A DNA stretch of 64,000 bases from an uncultured Verrucomicrobiae bacterium (GTDB lineage: Bacteria > Verrucomicrobiota > Verrucomicrobiia > Limisphaerales > Palsa-1400). Below the pieces are notes generated by a model. That model was not told the DNA's origin. It was given only the letters and a program-made list of their open reading frames with translations, and searched no databases. Made by a program: the position numbers and the translations under genes. Positions 57,703-64,000 of this stretch are shown piece after piece; positions within the stretch are counted from its first letter, which is position 1; each line of letters begins with the position of its first letter. The stretch lies in NCBI GenBank assembly GCA_963764165.1, contig CAVXRD010000002.1:1472001-1536000 (forward strand). The letters run 5' to 3'.

Positions 57703-59805
57703 ATGGAAAACGAACGCAAGACGCCGGAGGAACGGCAAAAAATGACGGACTTGGAGCGCATCAGACATTCCTGCGCGCACGTCCTCGCCACCGCCGTTTT
57801 GAAATTCTGGCCCGATGCCCAATTTGCCGCCGGCCCGCCGGTGGAAAACGGATTTTATTACGACGTCGAGATGGCCCACCGCCTGACTCCCGAGGATTTT
57901 CCCAAGCTCGAAGAGGAAATGAAACGGGTGGTGAAGGAGAACCAGGTTTTCGAAAAGATGGTCGTCACGCGCGATCAGGCTCTGGCCGACGCGACGAAAG
58001 GCCGCCTTGCTGCGTTGGGCGAGCGTTCCGTTCCGAGCAAGTTCAAATTGGACATCGTGCAGAACATCCCCGAAGGCGAGCCGATTACCTATTTTAAGAA
58101 CGGCGAATTCATCGATCTTTGCGCGGGCCCGCACGTGATGCGCACGGGGAACATCGGCGCGTTCAAGCTGACAACGCTCGCGAGTTCCTATTACAAGGGC
58201 GACGAGCGGAATCCGCAATTGCAGCGCATTTACGGCACCGCCTTCAAGAACAAGACGGAGATGGAGGCTTACTTCGCGATGATCGAAGAAGCCAAACGCC
58301 GCGACCATCGGAAGATCGGCGAGGAGATGGGATTGTTCAAACTGGATTCCGAATTTGTCGGCCCCGGTTTGCCGCTCTGGCTGCCGAAAGGCGGAGCCCT
58401 GGTCGAGGAATTGGAAAAGCTGGCGAAGGAGACAGAATTCATGGCCGGTTATGTGCGCGTTAAAACGCCCCATATCGCCAAGGAGAAAATGTATTTGACG
58501 AGCGGGCATCTGCCGATTCTTTACGCGGAGTCGATGTTTCCGCCGATGATTCTTGACGAAAAACGCGACGAACGCTTTCCAGTGCTGGATGAAAGACTGA
58601 GGTTGCAGGCAAAAGTAATGAAGATGGCGAGGCCGCTACTGGCTGCTGATGAAAACCCCGAAGTCCGTGCCGAACTTGAAAAAATTGGCCAACGAGGAGA
58701 GGTCAATCAAGCGATCGGCACTACAAAGTTGGCATTGGGTAGATTTAAGGAAGGCAAGGCCATCCCATCAGAACTAGAATCGCTCCTTAAGGAATACGAG
58801 GTGATAGAAGCAAAGGTAAGAGCCATTGAACCGGAAAAATATTACCTCAAAGCCATGAACTGCCCGCATCACCACCGCATTTTTGCTGCTGAACCGCGCA
58901 GTTACCGCGATTTGCCATTGCGCTTGGCCGAATACGGCACCTGCTATCGTTACGAGCAATCGGGCGAACTTTTCGGATTGATGCGCGTTCGTTCACTCAA
59001 CATGAACGACGCGCATATCTATTGCACGGAAGACCAATTCGCCGAGGAATTCAATGCCGTCAACGACATGTATCTGAAGTATTTCAAGATTTTTGGAATT
59101 GAGAAATACGTGATGCGTTTCAGCACGCACGATCCGTCCCGCCTCACCGGCGACAACGCCAAATTTGTCAACGAACCCGAGCTTTGGAAGAAAACGGAAG
59201 ACCTCGTCCGCAAAGTTCTGATTGACTCAAAAATCCCCTACGTCGAAGTGCCGAACGAAGCCGCTTTCTACGGTCCCAAAATTGACGTGCAAGTTTACAG
59301 CGTCATCGGCCGCGAATTTACCCTGGCGACCAACCAGGTTGATTTCGCGGTGCCGTCGCGGTTCGGCTTGAAATATCGCGACAAGGACAACACCGAGAAA
59401 ACGCCGCTGTGCATTCATCGCGCGCCGCTTGGCACGCACGAGCGGTTCATCGGATTTCTCATCGAGCATTACGCCGGAAATTTTCCGCTGTGGCTCGCGC
59501 CCGAGCAGGTGCGGGTGGTCACGATTGGCGATGACGAGGCGCTCGTTGCCTACGCGAAATCCATCGTGGCGGAATTGCGCGGAAATTTCGTCCGCGCCGA
59601 TGCGGATTATTCGACCAACAAAATCAACGGCAAAATCCAGGAAGCCGAAAAAGCGCGCGTCCACACGATGCTTGTCATCGGTCCGCGCGACATGCAGGGC
59701 GACGCCGTCTCCGTGCGCATCCACGGAAAAGGAAACGTCGGCGTGAAGAAAAAATCCGAAGCCATCGCGGAGATTGTCGCCGCGATCAAGGAGCGCCGCG
59801 CGTGA
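57703..59805 (+). CDS. thrS: Threonine-tRNA ligase (no TGS domain; large internal insertion)
   Basis: RHSCAH, DLCAGPH, RDHRKIG, KAMNCPHH, YRYEQSG, AFYGPKID, IHRAPLGTHERF. Confidence 0.96.
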   Translation: MENERKTPEERQKMTDLERIRHSCAHVLATAVLKFWPDAQFAAGPPVENGFYYDVEMAHRLTPEDFPKLEEEMKRVVKENQVFEKMVVTRDQALADATKGRLAALGERSVPSKFKLDIVQNIPEGEPITYFKNGEFIDLCAGPHVMRTGNIGAFKLTTLASSYYKGDERNPQLQRIYGTAFKNKTEMEAYFAMIEEAKRRDHRKIGEEMGLFKLDSEFVGPGLPLWLPKGGALVEELEKLAKETEFMAGYVRVKTPHIAKEKMYLTSGHLPILYAESMFPPMILDEKRDERFPVLDERLRLQAKVMKMARPLLAADENPEVRAELEKIGQRGEVNQAIGTTKLALGRFKEGKAIPSELESLLKEYEVIEAKVRAIEPEKYYLKAMNCPHHHRIFAAEPRSYRDLPLRLAEYGTCYRYEQSGELFGLMRVRSLNMNDAHIYCTEDQFAEEFNAVNDMYLKYFKIFGIEKYVMRFSTHDPSRLTGDNAKFVNEPELWKKTEDLVRKVLIDSKIPYVEVPNEAAFYGPKIDVQVYSVIGREFTLATNQVDFAVPSRFGLKYRDKDNTEKTPLCIHRAPLGTHERFIGFLIEHYAGNFPLWLAPEQVRVVTIGDDEALVAYAKSIVAELRGNFVRADADYSTNKINGKIQEAEKARVHTMLVIGPRDMQGDAVSVRIHGKGNVGVKKKSEAIAEIVAAIKERRA

Positions 59806-59848
59806 GGGCGAATTGGCCCGCAATCGTAGCGCAGGTTTCCGATTCTAA

Positions 59849-60094
59849 GGTAGGGACGCCTCGCCGAGGCGTCCGGGTTGAGGCGCTCTACCTGCGAAAC
59901 CAGTGGAATAAACCACACGCAACCGGACGCCTCGGCGGAGTCTGTCTCAAAACTCAAAAACGGCTTTAAAAAGCACCACCAAAACACCCTCACCGAAAAT
60001 AAAAATGCGCCATATCGAAAATGAGAGATTGGTAGTATTGACACACTTTGAGGATTTTGTAGTTTTGAGACAATCTCGGCGAGGCGTCCCTACC
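59849..60094. repeat. REPIN, family A, second REP interrupted by a MITE
   Basis: GGTAGGGACGCCTCGCCGAGGCGTCC, 50-nt spacer, GGACGCCTCGGCG[insert]GGCGAGGCGTCCCTACC. Confidence 0.85.
59938..60077. mobile_element. 140-bp non-autonomous element (MITE), IS1182-like ends
   Basis: 17-bp terminal IRs GAGTCTGTCTCAAAACT / AGTTTTGAGACAATCTC (15/17), 4-bp target duplication GGCG, AT-rich interior. Confidence 0.85.
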
Positions 60095-60162
60095 TTGGAA
60101 ACAAGCGCAATGAGTATTCGCCATTTCTGTGACAACCCTGTAGCCTTTTTGCCAAATTCCAT

Positions 60163-61377
60163 ATGAGCGACTTTACAATCAACTGCCCGCACTGCCAGTC
60201 AGGCATTCTCGTTACCCCCGAACACGTAGGCCTGGAAATCGCCTGTCCGACCTGCCAAAAGCCAGTGGTGGTGCCGCCTGATCCAAGCGCTCCCGCTCCG
60301 GCGCCAGCCAAAGCCGGAACGCGTTTGGCCGCCTCGACGTCCGCGCCGCCGGCTCACACTCCTGCGCCGTTGCCTCCGGGCGCTCAAATGGGAAAGCCCA
60401 CCAAGAAGCCGAAAAAGAAGGCGGGCCTCATTATTGGAATTTGCTCGGGCGTGGTTGCGCTCGGAGCGTTGATTTACTTCTGGCCGCAACTCATGGCTGC
60501 TCTCAAGAAAGAGGACGCAGCCAAGCTCGCCGCGCAGGTCGACACCAATGTCCCGCCGCCTCCGCCGCCGGAATTATCGACCGAGGAAATCCTGGACAAA
60601 CTTAGCGAGACTTACAAAGGCTTTACGGATTATTCCGCCCGCGCGCAAACGGTTGGCGAACTGGACTTGTCCGGCCTGATTCCCGGCTCAAAAAGCATGC
60701 AGACAAGCACGAAGAGTTCGCTGCAATTCGGCCGCACCAACTACTACCGCCTCGAATGGGATCAAACCGCGGCGGGAAAGGAAGTCAAAGGCGCCGCGTG
60801 GAATGCAGGGAAGGGCAATTACGTCGAATATGGCGCGGCGGCGCCCAATAAAGTGAAAACGCGGGATCTGGCCGTGATGCCCGCCCTGCAATCGTTCATT
60901 CTCAGCCCTGTCGTGATGGAAGTGTTTTTTGACACAACAAACAGCGTGACGAAGGATGCCAAGGATTTCACCAAAACCAACGCGCCGGACTTGGAAAACC
61001 AGCAAAACTGGGTCCTGGCCGGAGAAGTCGAGCATCAATCCGTCTTGATCTGGATCAGGAAAGATTCCTTTGTCATCAACAAAATCATGTTGAAACTCGG
61101 CGGCATGATTGACGATGCGGAATTGAAAAAAATGCCGTCCTCGCAGCGTGCGCAAATGCAGGCGCTGTCGAAGATCAAAGGCAAAGTCACCGAGGAGTAC
61201 TCGCAGATTCAAACCAACCAGCATTTGATGGCGGCGACCTATGAAACGCCCTTCAAGCCCGCGGCGCCGGGCGCGCCCGGGAACGCCGCCGCATCGCAGC
61301 GACCCGGGAGCCGGGCTGGCCAACTGGTGGCGCCCATCAAACGCCGGCAACAGGCGGCGCAGCCGCCGCCGCAGTAG
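60163..61377 (+). CDS. Zinc-ribbon + TM + LolA-like (DUF2092-like) protein
   Basis: CPHC..CPTC, Pro-rich linker, one TM, beta-rich periplasmic domain (YYRLEW, LIWIRKDSFVI). Confidence 0.7.
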   Translation: MSDFTINCPHCQSGILVTPEHVGLEIACPTCQKPVVVPPDPSAPAPAPAKAGTRLAASTSAPPAHTPAPLPPGAQMGKPTKKPKKKAGLIIGICSGVVALGALIYFWPQLMAALKKEDAAKLAAQVDTNVPPPPPPELSTEEILDKLSETYKGFTDYSARAQTVGELDLSGLIPGSKSMQTSTKSSLQFGRTNYYRLEWDQTAAGKEVKGAAWNAGKGNYVEYGAAAPNKVKTRDLAVMPALQSFILSPVVMEVFFDTTNSVTKDAKDFTKTNAPDLENQQNWVLAGEVEHQSVLIWIRKDSFVINKIMLKLGGMIDDAELKKMPSSQRAQMQALSKIKGKVTEEYSQIQTNQHLMAATYETPFKPAAPGAPGNAAASQRPGSRAGQLVAPIKRRQQAAQPPPQ

Positions 61378-61380
61378 CAA

Positions 61381-61482
61381 GGCAGGGACGCCTCGCCGAG
61401 GCGTCCGGTTGCGTGGGATAAATGCCACGGCTTTCGCATGGATTGCGCCAAACCCCGGACGCCTCGGCGAGGCGTCCCTGCC
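61381..61482. repeat. REPIN, family A
   Basis: GGCAGGGACGCCTCGCCGAGGCGTCC, 50-nt spacer, GGACGCCTCGGCGAGGCGTCCCTGCC. Confidence 0.88.
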
Positions 61483-61530
61483 TTTGACAAAATCACTTTG
61501 CCTCTTAGCCATTTTGTGCCATAGTGCGGC

Positions 61531-62700
61531 ATGGCCTTCCAACGTGAACACCGACATGCGTGCAGTCGTCGCGCTTTCATGCGTTTAGGGGCGACGCTTG
61601 CCCTCGGCGCGCCGCTGGCCCGCGCGTTTGGACAGACCAATCTACTTTCTCCGATAGCCAAGTCCGACGCAATTGTTTCCATCGTTCCCTGCAAAACTTA
61701 CGGGCCGGAAATCCGCGCCGCTTTGGCAAAATGTTTTGACCTCATTGGCGGCGTCGAGACGCTCGTTCGCAACAAGACGGTCACCATCAAGCTGAATCTG
61801 ACTGGCTCGAATTTCACCCGTTACCTTGGCCGCCCGGTGGGCGAGACATTCATGACGCACAGCGCCACCGTCACCGCGCTGCTCGCCCTTTTATTTGACT
61901 CCGGCGCCACGCGCGTTCGCCTGGTGGAATCAACGCAGCGCCAGCAAGCCCTCGACGAAACGCTCTCGGACGCGGGCTGGGATGTGCATGCCTTCAACAG
62001 TCTCGGCAAGATCGAATACGAAAACACCCGCAACCTCGGCTCCGGCAAGTCGTATGCGACGCTGAAGGTGCCGTTCGGCGGCTATATGTTTTCCTCGCTC
62101 GATTTGAACCGCGCCTATCACGACACCGACGTGATGATTTCCCTCGCGAAATTGAAGCGGCATATTACAGCGGGAGTGACGCTCTCGATGAAGAATCTTT
62201 TTGGCATTACGCCTAATTCGCTCTATGGAAGCGAGGCGGGAAGCGAAAAAGCGATTGCCGGGCGCGATCCACTTCACGATCCGCAAGGCTTCGATAATAT
62301 AAAATTTCCCGGGATAAAAGCGGGCACGCCGTGGCGCGATCCATTTTCACGCGTGCCGCGCATCACCATCGACGACTGCGCGGCGCGGCCGATTGATCTC
62401 GCTATTATTGACGGCATCAGCGCCATGACCGGCGGCGAAGGGCCATGGTGCGCGCAGGCGGCCAAGATTGAATACATCGCGCCGGGAGTTCTGATTGCCG
62501 GGCGCAATGCAGTTTCGACCGATGCCGTCGCGACCTCAGTGATGGGTTACGATCCTCGCGCGCCGCGCCGGACGCATCCGTTTGATAACGGTGATAATTT
62601 CCTCCTGCTGGCGGAAGAGGCCGGCCTGGGCACCGCCGATTTGTCGCGCATTGACGTCCGCGGATTGACTGTCGAAAAAGCCCGCTGTCCTTATGGTTGA
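61531..62700 (+). CDS. DUF362 family protein with Tat signal
   Basis: SRRAFM, IKLNLT, AKLKRH...GVTLSMKNLFG, IIDGI...GEGP, VSTDAV. Confidence 0.85.
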   Translation: MAFQREHRHACSRRAFMRLGATLALGAPLARAFGQTNLLSPIAKSDAIVSIVPCKTYGPEIRAALAKCFDLIGGVETLVRNKTVTIKLNLTGSNFTRYLGRPVGETFMTHSATVTALLALLFDSGATRVRLVESTQRQQALDETLSDAGWDVHAFNSLGKIEYENTRNLGSGKSYATLKVPFGGYMFSSLDLNRAYHDTDVMISLAKLKRHITAGVTLSMKNLFGITPNSLYGSEAGSEKAIAGRDPLHDPQGFDNIKFPGIKAGTPWRDPFSRVPRITIDDCAARPIDLAIIDGISAMTGGEGPWCAQAAKIEYIAPGVLIAGRNAVSTDAVATSVMGYDPRAPRRTHPFDNGDNFLLLAEEAGLGTADLSRIDVRGLTVEKARCPYG

Positions 62701-63640
62701 CACGGCGGCGGCATCGGACCGCCGTTTTCTCGGAATCGAAATCGGCGGCACCAAGCTCCAAGTTTTCGTTGGGGATGGGAATGCAAATGTCCTCGAACGC
62801 CATCGATTTTCAGTCGATCCATCCAGCGGCGCGGCTGGCATTCGCGCGCAGTTGGAGCGGCTGCTGCCCGAATTGGCCAAGCGCATTCAACCCTCCGCGA
62901 TTGGTGTTGGTTTCGGCGGGCCGGTGGATCGGACATCCGGCAAAATTTGCTGCTCGCATCAAGTTTCGGGTTGGTCGGATTTTCCGTTGGGATCGTGGAT
63001 TTCCTCGCTCACGAAATCGCAGGTCACGGTGGATAACGACGCGAATGTCGGCGCGCTGGGCGAAGCTGCTTGTGGTGCGGGAGTTGGTTTCAATCCGGTT
63101 TTCTACGTGACACTGGGAAGCGGCGTCGGAGGCGGATTGGTTGTCGATGGCGGGATTTATCATGGCGCGCTGCCGGGCGAAGCGGAGATCGGCCACGTCA
63201 GATTGGATCGAGCCGGAACCATTCTCGAATCGCGATGCTCCGGCTGGGCCGTCGATGCGAAAATTCGCGCCGCGAAATTGCGGGAACCCAACAGTGTTCT
63301 CGCGCGATGCGTTGGAACTGCGATGGCACACGAAGCGAAATTTCTGGGCGAAGCGATTGCGCAAAACGATTCGCAGGCGAATTCAATTCTGGAGGAAACA
63401 GCCGAGGATTTGGCCTTTGGACTTTCGCACGCCACACATTTGCTCCATCCGGAAATCATTGTGCTTGGCGGCGGATTGTCGCTCTTGGGCGAGCCGTTGC
63501 GGGCGGCGGTCGCGCGAATTCTGCCGCGCTTTACGATGGAAGCCTTCGCGCCTGGCCCGCGCATTGCGCTGGCGCGCCTGGGTGAAGATGCGGTTCCCGT
63601 CGGCGCATTAGCATTGGCAGGGTCTGTGTTTTGCGCTTAA
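62693..63640 (+). CDS. ROK family sugar kinase
   Basis: GIEIGGTK, GFGGP, DNDAN, LGSGVGGG, EIGH, LGGG. Confidence 0.92.
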   Translation: MVDTAAASDRRFLGIEIGGTKLQVFVGDGNANVLERHRFSVDPSSGAAGIRAQLERLLPELAKRIQPSAIGVGFGGPVDRTSGKICCSHQVSGWSDFPLGSWISSLTKSQVTVDNDANVGALGEAACGAGVGFNPVFYVTLGSGVGGGLVVDGGIYHGALPGEAEIGHVRLDRAGTILESRCSGWAVDAKIRAAKLREPNSVLARCVGTAMAHEAKFLGEAIAQNDSQANSILEETAEDLAFGLSHATHLLHPEIIVLGGGLSLLGEPLRAAVARILPRFTMEAFAPGPRIALARLGEDAVPVGALALAGSVFCA

Positions 63641-63654
63641 CATGAGCCGTCGCA

Positions 63655-64000
63655 ATGCCTGCCAACGATCAGATACGCAGAAAAGTTTCCGATCTGCCGC
63701 ATAAGCCGGGCGTGTATCTGATGAAGGACCGTTTCGGAACGGTCATCTATGTGGGCAAGGCGCGCGATTTGCGCAAGCGGGTCAGCACCTATTTTCAGCC
63801 ATCGCGCCGGATGGGCTGGGATCTCAAATTCAACGCGCTGGTGGAAGCCGTCCACGACCTCGACACCTACCCGGTGCGCACGGAGCCGGAGGCGCTGCTG
63901 CTGGAAGGAAAGCTGATCAAGGAATTCCAGCCGCGCTACAACATCAGCTTCCGCGACGACAAAAGATTTCTTCTGGTCAAAGTCAACCTGAACGATCCCA
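63655..64000 (+). CDS. uvrC: Excinuclease ABC subunit C, N-terminal GIY-YIG part (partial; absent from the ORF track)
   Basis: Manual translation MPANDQIRRKVSDLPHKPGVYLMKD...IYVGKARDLRKRVSTYF...EALLLEGKLIKEFQPRYNI. Confidence 0.88.
   Translation, partial: MPANDQIRRKVSDLPHKPGVYLMKDRFGTVIYVGKARDLRKRVSTYFQPSRRMGWDLKFNALVEAVHDLDTYPVRTEPEALLLEGKLIKEFQPRYNISFRDDKRFLLVKVNLNDP

Noticed and set aside
58549..58833. Intein or intron in thrS
   Set aside because: No Cys/Ser start or His-Asn end, frame is continuous, no intron structure seen
59849..61482. CRISPR array
   Set aside because: Repeats are inverted palindromic pairs, not regularly spaced direct repeats; no cas genes

Overview
Bacterial chromosomal window of moderately high GC. 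Gene content, REP families and promoter style suggest Verrucomicrobiota (inference, not a database result). It holds two flagellar clusters: a sigma54-type flgFGAHIJNKL operon (440-7922), and sigma28-driven tandem flagellins plus fliD (43610-47399) surrounded by hybrid histidine kinases. A lower-GC, decaying anti-phage island (about 8100-13900) carries a frameshifted GmrSD, a Septu-like ABC-ATPase/HNH pair and an internally deleted GHKL-ATPase/PD-(D/E)xK nuclease. Housekeeping genes include sucD, korAB, lysS, purN, leuB, thrS, partial uvrC, pilC, a sigma54 activator and an ExeA/ExeB-like pair. There is also a PVC-type envelope cluster and several REP/REPIN families. Most notable observations: (1) a structured ~140-nt 5' leader shared by both flagellin genes, with compensatory base changes, two candidate tandem pseudoknots and CsrA-type GGA hairpins; (2) a hidden nuclease reading frame missed by the ORF track; (3) an IS1182-like 140-bp MITE inserted into a REP loop; (4) a His-less pseudo-kinase next to fliD; (5) near-absence of Lys/Arg in the extracellular flagellar proteins; (6) unusual extra domains in ThrRS and LysRS.
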